Below are positions 18,322 to 27,384 of a DNA stretch of 64,000 nucleotides, piece by piece (position 1 is the first letter of the stretch; each line of letters opens with the position of its first letter). A program made the position numbers and the translations under genes. Below the pieces are notes generated by a model, which was not told the DNA's origin, made no database searches, and saw only the letters and a program-made list of their open reading frames with translations. The stretch is from an uncultured candidatus Brocadiaceae bacterium (GTDB lineage: Bacteria; Planctomycetota; UBA1135; UBA2386), in assembly GCA_964542765.1 (NCBI GenBank), contig CAZIVO010000001.1:390-64389 (forward strand). Direction: 5' to 3'.

Positions 18322-19218
18322 ATGGTGATCACGTGGAATCTTGGATTGGCATTGGCCCTTGCGATGCCGGTGGCATCTGACTCTGGCTGTTGCAGTGCCG
18401 AGCCCGTGCCGACGACGCTGACCGCGCTGCGCAAGAACCCTGAAGCTTTCAGGAATGTTTGGGTCACCTTCCCGGTGCAGTTCGCATCGATAGGGAAGGT
18501 TTCCAATCCTTTTTTCACGAGGTTCGTGCCGTCGGAATATGCAAATTTTCATGCCTGGGGAGGCGAACAGGCGATCTGGCGCAAGCCGGAATACGACAAT
18601 GCCTTCGGCCTGCTATTTCTTTCCAAGGGAAGCCAGCATCTGGACAGGCTGTTCCAGCTGAAGCTCTACGACCGGGTCAGGTGCAAGGCGATCGTTCGCG
18701 ATGCTTTTCAGGGCCAGCCGTGGGTGGAGGTTGTTGAACTCGAGCGATTGCCTCACAAGGTCAACACCGCGACCCTCAGCCACATTTATCGTGGCGAGCA
18801 GCACATGGCCAAGGGCAAGTGGAACCGAGCTATTTCGGAGCTTTCCCTGGCGCCGATGGCGAGTATTCCGGCCACCGTCAAGGCTTCGGTGCACGGTAGC
18901 CTGGGGGAGTGCTACCTGAAGATTGGCGAGTCTGCGGCCGCCATCAAGCAGCTAGACATGGCGATGGCCTTACTCGGCGACGAGACCACGGCCGGGATTC
19001 GCCGCCTGCATGCCGCAGCCAAAATAGGACCAGCAGCCGAGATTGACCGACGGGTCAACAGGCGGTCGATCAAGGATCACGAGAGACCCATGTGGGAAGC
19101 CTTCGAGCCGGCCGTGGCTTTGAAGAGCACCACAACCGGGAAGGAAGAGAACCCGAAGAGTGGGCCGGGCGGTCCCACTCATCCGGCGCAAACCACGACC
19201 CCGTCCAGTTCGCGATAG
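18322..19218 (+). CDS. hypothetical secreted protein with TPR-like C-terminal half
   Basis: Signal-like N-terminus LGLALALAMPVASD. It is the only long ORF here and is followed by a strong intrinsic terminator. Confidence 0.55.
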   Translation: MVITWNLGLALALAMPVASDSGCCSAEPVPTTLTALRKNPEAFRNVWVTFPVQFASIGKVSNPFFTRFVPSEYANFHAWGGEQAIWRKPEYDNAFGLLFLSKGSQHLDRLFQLKLYDRVRCKAIVRDAFQGQPWVEVVELERLPHKVNTATLSHIYRGEQHMAKGKWNRAISELSLAPMASIPATVKASVHGSLGECYLKIGESAAAIKQLDMAMALLGDETTAGIRRLHAAAKIGPAAEIDRRVNRRSIKDHERPMWEAFEPAVALKSTTTGKEENPKSGPGGPTHPAQTTTPSSSR

Positions 19219-19263
19219 GGGATCTGCCTGAGCGGAAACCTTCCGCTTTCAAGGGGAGGATCG

Positions 19264-19295
19264 GGGCGGGCCTTTGGGCCCGCCCTATTTTTTTT
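19264..19295 (+). terminator. Rho-independent terminator
   Basis: Perfect 9-bp GC stem GGGCGGGCC/GGCCCGCCC with loop TTTG, followed by TATTTTTTTT. Confidence 0.75.
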
Positions 19296-19393
19296 GCCCG
19301 AAAACCTTCGCCACAAGCTTCGTTTCTCTCCCTGGTGTGATCCGTGCCGCCCCGGTTTTGTCGGCAACCCATGTTCCCTGTCGGAGCTGGCTC

Positions 19394-19399
19394 TACAAT
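19394..19399 (+). promoter_or_regulatory. -10-like hexamer TACAAT upstream of ctaA
   Basis: GGCTCTACAAT lies 36 nt upstream of ATG 19435. No convincing -35 element was seen. Confidence 0.3.
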
Positions 19400-19434
19400 C
19401 CCGCGCCGCCCCTCCCTCGACCTTCGCCGAAAAC

Positions 19435-20364
19435 ATGCCACACTCCAGCCCCGTTACCCGAGCACCCTCGGAGAGCCCTCCTGCACAGGGGCTCTATCGG
19501 TATTCCCTTTGGGTGGCTGTCTCGACGCTCGTTCTGATCAAGCTCGGTGCCATGGTCACCAGCACGGGGTCGGGGATGGCCTACCTGGACTGGCCGCTTT
19601 CGAACGGCTCACTTCTGCCGCCGGACATGATCGAGGACCCGGCCAAGTTCTTCGAACACTTCCACCGCATGGCGGGGGCTTTGGTGGGTCTCTTGGTCGT
19701 TGCGCTGACCGTTTGGGTGTTCAGGTCGGAAGATCGTCGCTGGCTGAAGCAGCTCACGCTCGGTGTTCTGATCCTTGTCTGCGCTCAAGGGGTCATCGGC
19801 GGAGTGGGTGTGCTCAAGGGCCTCCCCGTTATGACATCGGTCACCCACGGAGTGCTCGCTCAGGTGATCTTTTGTCTTCTGGCACTGGTGGCCTTTGCGT
19901 TGTCGCCGACCTGGCGGGAGCGGATGACAGCGCCCGCTCGGATGGTTCGTCGAGCCCGCCTGATGGCCGCGGTCGCCCTGGCTCTGGTGTTTCTTCAACT
20001 CGTCGCCGGAGCGATTCTCCGTCATGCGAACCTGCCCGGCTTGTTGTGGGTCCACGTGTCCATGGCGCTGCTGGTCGCTCTCGCGATCCTCGCCGCGGCG
20101 CAATACTGCGGGACAAGGCTTTCGGAGGTGCCGGGTTTCACGGACACCGGCCGCCTGATTCTCATGATCTTGGTTGTTCAACTCATCCTCGGCTACTTGA
20201 CCTTCGTCATCCGGCGGCTGAAGGATCCTTCCAATATCGAATATCTCGGCAGAAGCTTTGTTGTGACCGCACATGTTGCGGTCGGCGCCCTGATGTTCTT
20301 GTCGTCGGCCCTCTTGTTGTATCGAGTGCTGCGCAATGTCGAGCCAGGGGGTGAATCGGTTTGA
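19435..20364 (+). CDS. ctaA: heme A synthase (COX15/CtaA family)
   Basis: Multi-TM protein containing GAMVTSTGSGMAYLDWPL and conserved His residues in the TM helices. Start chosen at MPHSSP; the ORF is open from 19294. Confidence 0.8.
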   Translation: MPHSSPVTRAPSESPPAQGLYRYSLWVAVSTLVLIKLGAMVTSTGSGMAYLDWPLSNGSLLPPDMIEDPAKFFEHFHRMAGALVGLLVVALTVWVFRSEDRRWLKQLTLGVLILVCAQGVIGGVGVLKGLPVMTSVTHGVLAQVIFCLLALVAFALSPTWRERMTAPARMVRRARLMAAVALALVFLQLVAGAILRHANLPGLLWVHVSMALLVALAILAAAQYCGTRLSEVPGFTDTGRLILMILVVQLILGYLTFVIRRLKDPSNIEYLGRSFVVTAHVAVGALMFLSSALLLYRVLRNVEPGGESV

Positions 20365-21230
20365 TGGGTCTTCTTGGAAACCGCGCCCGAGCCTATCTGG
20401 AACTCGGCAAGCCGCGCCTGTCCCTGACCGCGGTGTTCGCGGTTGTGACCGGGGTCTATATCGGTTCTCCGGGATTTCCGGATGCAGGCCTTGTCATTTC
20501 CTGTGCTGTTGCGGCAATGCTGGTGGCGATGGGAGGCAGCGCCCTCAACATGTTTGCCGAGCGCGATCATGACGGCCGAATGAAGCGCACGTCCGGACGG
20601 CCCTTGCCCGATGGACGGCTACGGCCGGTGGAAGGGTTGGTCGCCGGAGCGATTGCTGTTGTCTGTGGGGTCGCCCTGTTCGTCGTTACGAGCAACCTTC
20701 TGGCGGCAGGTCTTTGCGCCCTGATCGCATTGATCTACGTGCTGATCTACACGCCGCTCAAGCGCGTCACCGCCCTGAACACTCTGGTGGGTGCTGTCCC
20801 TGGAGGGTTGCCGCCGGTCGTTGGCTACGCGGCCGCTTCCGGCGTGATCGACATGCGAGCTCTGCTGCTCTTCGTGATCCTGTTCTTGTGGCAGATCCCG
20901 CACTTTCTCGCGATTGCGTGGCGATACCGCGATGAGTATGCGCTGGGGGGCATGAGGATGATGCCCATGGTCGACCCGGACGGGCGATCCACCGGGGCGC
21001 AGATGATCATCTTCACGGTATCGCTCGTGGTAGCGACGCTGGCGGCGTATTTCGCGGGTATGGCGGGCAATCTTTACCTGGTGACGGCCGTGGTTCTGGG
21101 CCTGATTTTCCTGGTATCTTCCATCACTGCGGGCGTCTTTCGCCAAGAGTCTGGGATGCGGAGATGCTTCCTCGTTTCGGTGGTGTACCTTCCCGTGCTC
21201 TTCGGAGTGATGATGTTGGACAAAACGTGA
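20364..21230 (+). CDS. ctaB: protoheme IX farnesyltransferase (heme O synthase)
   Basis: UbiA-family motifs NMFAERDHDGRM and YTPLKR are present. The ATG overlaps the ctaA stop (TGATG); TTG at 20361 is an alternative start. Confidence 0.85.
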   Translation: MGLLGNRARAYLELGKPRLSLTAVFAVVTGVYIGSPGFPDAGLVISCAVAAMLVAMGGSALNMFAERDHDGRMKRTSGRPLPDGRLRPVEGLVAGAIAVVCGVALFVVTSNLLAAGLCALIALIYVLIYTPLKRVTALNTLVGAVPGGLPPVVGYAAASGVIDMRALLLFVILFLWQIPHFLAIAWRYRDEYALGGMRMMPMVDPDGRSTGAQMIIFTVSLVVATLAAYFAGMAGNLYLVTAVVLGLIFLVSSITAGVFRQESGMRRCFLVSVVYLPVLFGVMMLDKT

Positions 21231-22177
21231 GCGAACCAGCGATCAAGGCCAGCGGGTTGACCTACAGCTACGGGGATCGTGTGGCCTGTGACGACATCTC
21301 GTTCGAGGTGCCAGCCGGAGGGGTATGGGGATTCCTTGGGCCCAATGGCTCGGGCAAGTCGACCCTGTTCAAGGTGCTCACGACGATCTATCCGATGCAA
21401 TCCGGTCATGTGACCATGTTCGGACATGATCTTGCGCGAGAGTCGTCGGCAGTCCGTGCACACCTTGGCGTGGTGTTCCAGTCGCCAGCGCTCGACCGCA
21501 AACTCACGGTCCGAGAGAACCTCGTGCATGGCGGCCACATGTATGGGATTTCGGGCAAGGACCTTCACAGCAGGGTTGACGAGGCGATCGAATCGGCAGG
21601 GCTTACCGATCGCGCGAAGGATCGCGTCGAGGAATTGTCCGGCGGACTTCGCCGCCGCGTGGAGTTTGGCAAGGCACTGTTGCCGAGGCCGCATTGCTTG
21701 ATCATGGACGAGCCGAGTACCGGGCTCGACCCGGGCGCTCGGCGAGACCTCTGGGACTGGGTCCGCAGACTCGATGATGTCACGGTGTTGTTCACGACGC
21801 ACCTGATGGATGAGGCCGAGATGGCCGACCACATCGCCATCCTCGATGATGGCAAGATCGTGGGTGAAGGCGCCCCCTCTGATCTCAAGTCTGAAGTTGG
21901 CAGTCAGGTTCTCGAAATCGAGTCGTCGGCAGCCGAAGTTCTCGCCACGGAGATTCGCGATGGCCTCGCGGCCGGGGCCGAGGTGAGCGTGGTTGGTCGG
22001 TCGGTTCGCATCCTCCGCGAGGATGTGCACCAGATGGTGGGGGGGCTGATGGATGCGTTTGCTGACCGCATCAACCGGCTGACGATCAGCAGCCCGACTC
22101 TCGAAGATGTGTATATCCGCAAGACGGGTCACCGCTTTGTTGAAGAGGAAGATGCGACCGGGGGGGCGAGCAAATGA
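21227..22177 (+). CDS. ABC transporter ATP-binding protein (ABC-2/DrrA-like)
   Basis: The GTG start overlaps the ctaB stop. Walker A GPNGSGKST, signature LSGGLRRR, Walker B LIMDEPSTGLD. Confidence 0.85.
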   Translation: MSEPAIKASGLTYSYGDRVACDDISFEVPAGGVWGFLGPNGSGKSTLFKVLTTIYPMQSGHVTMFGHDLARESSAVRAHLGVVFQSPALDRKLTVRENLVHGGHMYGISGKDLHSRVDEAIESAGLTDRAKDRVEELSGGLRRRVEFGKALLPRPHCLIMDEPSTGLDPGARRDLWDWVRRLDDVTVLFTTHLMDEAEMADHIAILDDGKIVGEGAPSDLKSEVGSQVLEIESSAAEVLATEIRDGLAAGAEVSVVGRSVRILREDVHQMVGGLMDAFADRINRLTISSPTLEDVYIRKTGHRFVEEEDATGGASK

Positions 22178-22968
22178 TGCTTGCCGCCGTGTCCTTGTGG
22201 CGTCGCGAGGTCGTTCGCTTCTTGCGGGACCGCTCGCGCGTGTTCGGATCGCTCGTCCAACCGCTGTTGTTCTGGGTTCTCCTGGCGGCGGCTTTGGGTA
22301 GCGAGGCGACGAGTTTCAAGGCGGGCGATGTCGATCTCGAGAAGGTTGGGTATGGCGAGTATCTGGTTGCCGGAGTGCTTGCGATGATCGTCATGTTCAC
22401 GTCGATCTTCTCGACGATCACCGTGATCGAAGATCGTCGCGAAGGGTTCCTCCAGGGCGTCCTCATCGCGCCCGTGCCGCGGGCGGCGATCGCGCTCGGC
22501 AAGATCGCGGGTGGGGTGACCTTGGCTCTGCTCAACAGCATGATTTTCCTCTGTCTGGCTCCCTTGGTTGGCGTTCCGCTCACCCTTTCCGGTGCCGCCT
22601 TTTCGATCCTGGCGCTGGTCACGATTTCGTTCGGCCTGGTGGGCCTGGGCTTCACGCTGGCCTGGCGCATGGAGAGCACGGCCGGCTACCACGGCATCAT
22701 GATGGTCTTCTTGATGCCCATGTGGATGCTTTCGGGCGCGCTCTTCCCTGTTCAGAGCGCGCATCCCGTGCTGGCTTTCATCATGGAACTCAACCCCTTG
22801 ACCTATGGAGTTGCGACGCTCCGCCACACCATGCATGGCGCTGATGCGGCGGCCTTGGGATTGCCGTCTCCGGTGCTGGCCTGGGGTGTGACGATTGGGT
22901 TCGGCCTCGGGATGTTCCTCCTCGCCACCTGGATCACGACGCGACGCCGCGCCGCGGATTCTCGCTAG
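22174..22968 (+). CDS. ABC-2 type transporter permease
   Basis: ATGA overlap with the ATPase gene. About six TM segments with an ABC-2 pattern (REVVRFLRDRSRVFGSL...). Confidence 0.8.
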   Translation: MMLAAVSLWRREVVRFLRDRSRVFGSLVQPLLFWVLLAAALGSEATSFKAGDVDLEKVGYGEYLVAGVLAMIVMFTSIFSTITVIEDRREGFLQGVLIAPVPRAAIALGKIAGGVTLALLNSMIFLCLAPLVGVPLTLSGAAFSILALVTISFGLVGLGFTLAWRMESTAGYHGIMMVFLMPMWMLSGALFPVQSAHPVLAFIMELNPLTYGVATLRHTMHGADAAALGLPSPVLAWGVTIGFGLGMFLLATWITTRRRAADSR

Positions 22969-22972
22969 TGAC

Positions 22973-23395
22973 ATGTTGGCAACGGTCTATAGCAAACTCC
23001 CCGATCTGAATGCAGCGCTCAATGCATTGACCCTCACCCTGATCGTCTGCGGCATCGTCGCGATCAAGCGTGGTCGGGAGACGGCTCACAAGCGCTGCAT
23101 GCTGGCGGCCGTATGTGTGAGCGTACTGTTCCTGACGAGCTACCTGATCTACCACTTCACGGCGGCCCCTGTGAAATTCCAGAAACAAGGAGCCATCCGC
23201 AGCGTGTATTTCACCATTCTGATCTCCCACACGATCCTCGCCGTGGTTCAGCTGCCGCTGATCATCGTGACCGTGATCCGGGGACTGAAGGACCAGAGGG
23301 AGAAACATCGCCGGATAGCGAAGATCACGGCGGTCATCTGGAGCTACGTGTCGCTGACCGGCATTATTGTCTATCTGATGCTCTACCGGATGTGA
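22973..23395 (+). CDS. DUF420-family membrane protein (commonly linked to cytochrome oxidase assembly genes)
   Basis: Four TM helices. The pattern LNALTLTLIVCGIVAIKRG..HKRCM...YFTILISHTILA is typical of DUF420. Confidence 0.7.
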   Translation: MLATVYSKLPDLNAALNALTLTLIVCGIVAIKRGRETAHKRCMLAAVCVSVLFLTSYLIYHFTAAPVKFQKQGAIRSVYFTILISHTILAVVQLPLIIVTVIRGLKDQREKHRRIAKITAVIWSYVSLTGIIVYLMLYRM

Positions 23396-23411
23396 GTGTT
23401 CGATCAGCCGG

Positions 23412-23738
23412 TCAGATCGTCACGACTTTTTCGGCCCGATCGATCTCGCGCAGGATCGTGTCCATGTCGGAGACACTCCCGGTTGCGGCCTCGATCCCGA
23501 AATGCTCGACACAGGTGCCGCAGGGCAGGACGTCGACGCCGTTTTCGTGCAGGAGGGTCAACTCGGTGAGCACGGGCGAGTCCTGGCTCGCGAGCTTGAC
23601 GCCGGAGTTGAACAAGGCGATGGCGGTCAACTCGTCCATGCTGATTGCCTTGCGCAGGAAGGTGCCGAGCACCTTCCTGCCGAGATCCCGGTCGCCGTGG
23701 CCCATTTGATCCTTGTTGATGATGAGGACTGTTTTCAT
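23412..23738 (-). CDS. DsrE-fold protein resembling the C-terminal domain of the selenium-metabolism protein YedF (TIGR03527-like), stand-alone
   Basis: ATG 23738 is preceded by AAGGAA. MKTVLIINKDQMGHGDRDLGRKVLGTFL...FNSGVKL...VDVLPCGTCVEHFG...DMDTILREIDRAEKVVTI matches my recollection of the YedF C-terminal pattern (mG.Gd.eLG, N.GV.L, CGTC, ...kvi). Confidence 0.6.
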   Translation of the reverse strand: MKTVLIINKDQMGHGDRDLGRKVLGTFLRKAISMDELTAIALFNSGVKLASQDSPVLTELTLLHENGVDVLPCGTCVEHFGIEAATGSVSDMDTILREIDRAEKVVTI

Positions 23739-23955
23739 CCGCTGTGTTCCTTTTCTGGTGTGGTGATCGTCGGCCGTCAAGATCCTGCCCGACACGCGGC
23801 CCGACCTCAAGCGAGTTGCTGACCGATGGTGATCGGGGCGTGCTTGTGAATGCAACGCACACGTAACGAATGAAAACTTTTAAAATCATCTCCCCCGATA
23901 TGGTCGGAAAGAGGAAATCACGTATCGATCAATCCAACCTGCCGCGAGAAAAGCC

Positions 23956-25341
23956 ATGATCTTCGCGAAAGCAAATCTTTCCCACCCGTTCGCACAGCGT
24001 GTGAGCGCAACAGCCTTGACGATGGCGTGCCTGCTCTTTGGGCAAGGCATGACTGCCCAGGGAGGATCAACTCCCAGGTGGACCTTCAAGCCCGATGCGG
24101 GGCATCGGGTGATTCCTGGCACGAACTGCGCGCCGATGGTCGTTTCTTCGACTGAGTACTACCTCAATTACGTCACCGTTCGGACACAGTGGATGGCGAA
24201 ATCCACCGATGGATTGAAATTCACCAATCCGACCCGATACCGCGACATTCGCTACAACCCTCATGTCATCGAGATGCCCAAGCGAGACGCGAACGGCAAT
24301 CGCATTTGGCGCAAGTACCGGCACGACATGAATACCGGCTACTTCTACAGCGAGAGTTCGACCGATCGGGTGAACTTCACCAAGGACCCAGGCGTCCGCT
24401 ATACCCCGCATCCGAGTGACAAGGGCCGGGTCGGAGTGCATTGCCAGTTTACCGACAACAAGGGCGGCGTGGTCTTGCTCTACATCGGAGATATGCAGCA
24501 AGGCGGTGTCAACAATGTGCGCCGCGCCTATTCCACCGACAACGGCTGGACCTTCAAGTGGGACCGTGGCAACGTTTTCGATGACGCCAGGTACGGTGGC
24601 GGTGGCTGGAGCTATGTCGATCCCCGGCAGTGCAAGCTGCCCGATGGCAGGATCGCGATTTTTGTCATGCAGCAAGGGGCCCGGCCGCCGCACCCGCCAC
24701 ACCGCAAGGTGGGTACGATCCACTGCTTCTTGAGTGACGACGGCGATACCTTCACGAAGGAGCCTTATCTCAGCCTTCGCCCCGAGGACTTCACGGAGTT
24801 TCCGGTTTACTCGCTGAATGACCCTTGGGTGGTGCTCTTGCCCGACGGTCGCTACCGGATGTATGTCACCGGGACTGTGCCGGACCCATCGAGTCCTGGG
24901 AATTACACCCAGGCCATCATCAGTGCCGTGACCGAGAGCAACTTTGGCAGTGGCTGCAAGGGTTCCTCGGGCCAGCGCCCTGTGATCGGTCAGCTGGGAG
25001 AGCCTTCCGTCGGCAGTGCCAGCTACAAGGTCTCGCTGAGCGATGGGCCAGCCCGCGGGGTGGTGGCCTTGTGTCTGGGCGTTTCCAGTACGCGGTGGGG
25101 GTCTTTGACGCTCCCGCTCGATCTGAGCTCCCTGGGAATGACAGGGTGCGAACTTTTGGTGTCACCGGAGTTGTCCTTGAGCAGTTCGGCGACGAGTGGC
25201 CGGGCTACGGTGAGCGTGCCGATTCCTGACAATCCGAAGCTGCGTCGCGCCAGAGCCTATGCGCAGTGGTTTTGCCTCGACCCGGGGGCGAACAGGACCG
25301 GGATCACCGCGTCTGACGGATTACGGATCGATATCTACTGA
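23956..25341 (+). CDS. secreted Asp-box (BNR-like) beta-propeller protein, glycoside-hydrolase-like, with the shared C-terminal module
   Basis: Signal-like N-terminus. Repeated S-x-D-x-G-x-x-F/W boxes are present (STDGLKF, STDRVNF, STDNGWTF, SDDGDTF). The last 129 aa (24952-25341) form the shared tail. Confidence 0.65.
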   Translation: MIFAKANLSHPFAQRVSATALTMACLLFGQGMTAQGGSTPRWTFKPDAGHRVIPGTNCAPMVVSSTEYYLNYVTVRTQWMAKSTDGLKFTNPTRYRDIRYNPHVIEMPKRDANGNRIWRKYRHDMNTGYFYSESSTDRVNFTKDPGVRYTPHPSDKGRVGVHCQFTDNKGGVVLLYIGDMQQGGVNNVRRAYSTDNGWTFKWDRGNVFDDARYGGGGWSYVDPRQCKLPDGRIAIFVMQQGARPPHPPHRKVGTIHCFLSDDGDTFTKEPYLSLRPEDFTEFPVYSLNDPWVVLLPDGRYRMYVTGTVPDPSSPGNYTQAIISAVTESNFGSGCKGSSGQRPVIGQLGEPSVGSASYKVSLSDGPARGVVALCLGVSSTRWGSLTLPLDLSSLGMTGCELLVSPELSLSSSATSGRATVSVPIPDNPKLRRARAYAQWFCLDPGANRTGITASDGLRIDIY

Positions 25342-25361
25342 GGGCATTGGATCACCAAGGG

Positions 25362-25402
25362 TCGCGCCGGCCGTCATCGTGAGGGTCCGGCGCGACTTTT
25401 TA
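25362..25402 (+). terminator. Rho-independent terminator
   Basis: 10-bp stem GTCGCGCCGG/CCGGCGCGAC with a 16-nt loop, followed by TTTTT, 20 nt after the stop codon. Confidence 0.6.
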
Positions 25403-25503
25403 CCCCCTTCGAGTTGTTGAAGCTTGGGGAAGTCCCCCCTCGCACAAGGGCTACTCGGACTGATATCTTGGGGCGGAACCAAACCTGGAACCGAAAGTGC
25501 TTG

Positions 25504-26043
25504 ATGCGGGTAGAACTTCTTTCTCTTGCTCTCCTCTTCATTCCCTTGGCCATGCAGGACCCAGCCCCAGCCCCGCCGAAGACCACCGTCGGTCAGCCGA
25601 AGGTGGGACAAGCGGCTCCGAAGTTCCGCTTGAACGACCATGGTGGCGCTGCCGTCAAGGTTGGCGGCAAATCGAAGACCTGGACAGTGCTGGCTTTCTA
25701 TCCGAAGGCCGCGACTCCTGGTTGAACTCGCGAGGTGTGTTCGCTGCGGGACGCAGCGGCAGGACTGACAGAGGTCGGAGCCCTCGTCTATGGAATCAGC
25801 CTGGACGACGTTGCTTCACAAGCGGCCTTCGCCAAGGCACAGAAGTTGAACTTCCCCCTTCTGAGCGATGTCGATGGCAGCGTCGCCCGGAAATATGGCG
25901 TTCTGATGGGGCTCATGCCCATGGCCAAGCGAGTTACCTTCGTGATCGACCCCAAGGGGGTGCTGCGGCACATCGACAAGAAGGTCAATGTGAAGCAGCA
26001 CGGGACCGATCTCGTGGCGTTGATTCGCGAACTGAGTCGGTGA
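25504..26043 (+). CDS. Bcp/PrxQ-type peroxiredoxin with signal peptide and in-frame UGA at 25723-25725 at the peroxidatic-Cys position; predicted selenocysteine enzyme (U-x4-C)
   Basis: ORFs 25414..25725 and 25735..26043 share one frame and are separated only by the TGA. Read-through gives LAFYPKAATPG-U-TREVCSLRD (family motif FYPkdfTPGCTxExCxFRD), followed by GISLDD and NFPLLSD. The N-terminus MRVELLSLALLFIPLAMQ is signal-like. Confidence 0.85.
25741..25759 (+). promoter_or_regulatory. candidate bacterial SECIS hairpin downstream of UGA 25723-25725
   Basis: Perfect 7-bp stem CGCUGCG/CGCAGCG (25742-25748/25752-25758) with a GGA apical loop, plus a U-G pair at 25741/25759. The hairpin starts at 25741, with 15 nt between it and the UGA. 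Confidence 0.55.
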
Positions 26044-26063
26044 AGCCTTGTCCGAAGGGATGA

Positions 26064-26210
26064 CTAGGCGAGCATCTTCAGGGCGAAATTGACCAGCAGT
26101 AGCGCGGCCAAGAGCACCATGGTGGCGCTCGGTCGCCAGGCTCGTGACGAGGTGTTCCTTTTCGGAGCGGCGCCTTGGCGATGGGGTCGATGTGGGTTTG
26201 ATGTATACAT
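26064..26210 (-). CDS. possible small tail-anchored membrane protein (48 aa)
   Basis: Hand translation gives MYTSNPHRPHRQGAAPKRNTSSRAWRPSATMVLLAALLLVNFALKMLA. It is below the ORF-track cutoff, and a basic N-terminus plus a C-terminal TM segment is the only support. Confidence 0.2.
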   Translation of the reverse strand: MYTSNPHRPHRQGAAPKRNTSSRAWRPSATMVLLAALLLVNFALKMLA

Positions 26211-26424
26211 CTCGATTCCATACCCTGCCGTGGGTTGGGATCGAGTTGGACGGAGTCCGGCCCGGGTTATTCCCGAAGTTTAGAGGCGAAGAAGCCCATC
26301 GGTTGAGGGTTTGGGGCGCATTGCCGGCCCTTGGCCAGGGCGGGACGCCCACGGAGTCGTTTCGCACCGCTGGTATCACGCGTTGGCGGAGGCTAAACAT
26401 GGCCGCCGACGACCCTATCTCCCC

Positions 26425-27384
26425 ATGTCTTGTCCTCCCTGCCTCTTCGACCGCCAACTCCTCCCCAAGCCTTGGGGGGGTAGCTCCCTTTCGTCCGCGC
26501 TCGGCATCTTGTTGCCGGACGGGGAGAAGATCGGTGAATCCTGGGAGGTCTACGACGGCCCTGAGGGCTCCAGCAAGTTGCGGAACAGCGATGTGACGCT
26601 GGCGGATCTGCTGCGCGAGGATGCGGCCGCCTTGCTCGGAGAGGGGGTGGAGATGACTCCGCAGGGGCATTTCCCGTTGCAACTCAAGTTCATCGATGCC
26701 AGCGAACCGTTGTCCGTGCAGGTCCATCCCGACCAGGAACAGGCAACTGCGGGTGGTGGTTGTGGCAAGACGGAATCCTGGGTTGTTTTGACCGCGAGCG
26801 AGGATGCTCGCATTCTGCGGGATGTGAAGGCTGGCGTTGATGCTGCGGCGCTCACGGCCGTGGCCGGCACTGGCGAGATCCAGGGCTTGTTGCACAGTTT
26901 CGTTCCACGACAGGGCGATGTCGTCCATCTGCCTCCGGGGACCATCCATTCGGTCGGACCAGGCGTTGTTCTTTACGAGATCCAGACCAACTCCGGACTG
27001 ACCTGTCGGCTGTGGGATTGGGGGCGGCCCAGAGAAATGCATATCGAGGCAGCACTCACCGCACTGCGGGTCGAGGGGTCACAGCAGTCGACCGTGACGC
27101 CGCGACCTGTCGGTGAAGGCAAGGAGCTTCTGGTCGATGAGCATGAGTTTCGATTGGAGCGATGGTACGTTTCCGTGCCGGTTTGTTTCGAGCCACAAGA
27201 TCGATTCCGGATACTGACGGTGGTCAAGGGGCATCTGGCTCTCGGCTGGCGAAGTTCCGGCCAGTGCGAGCCGCTCCAACTCCGAGCAGGGGATACGGCT
27301 CTGGTTCCAGCGCATCTCGATGCCGTTTATCTGTCGCCGATCGGCGATGTTACTCTTTTATGTGTTTCTCCCGGAGAGAGGTGA
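26425..27384 (+). CDS. manA: type I (class I) mannose-6-phosphate isomerase
   Basis: Contains KPWGG, GESWEV, LQLKFIDASEPLSVQVHPD, GKTESWVVL, VHLPPGTIHSVGPG, YEIQ and WDWGR. Confidence 0.75.
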   Translation: MSCPPCLFDRQLLPKPWGGSSLSSALGILLPDGEKIGESWEVYDGPEGSSKLRNSDVTLADLLREDAAALLGEGVEMTPQGHFPLQLKFIDASEPLSVQVHPDQEQATAGGGCGKTESWVVLTASEDARILRDVKAGVDAAALTAVAGTGEIQGLLHSFVPRQGDVVHLPPGTIHSVGPGVVLYEIQTNSGLTCRLWDWGRPREMHIEAALTALRVEGSQQSTVTPRPVGEGKELLVDEHEFRLERWYVSVPVCFEPQDRFRILTVVKGHLALGWRSSGQCEPLQLRAGDTALVPAHLDAVYLSPIGDVTLLCVSPGER

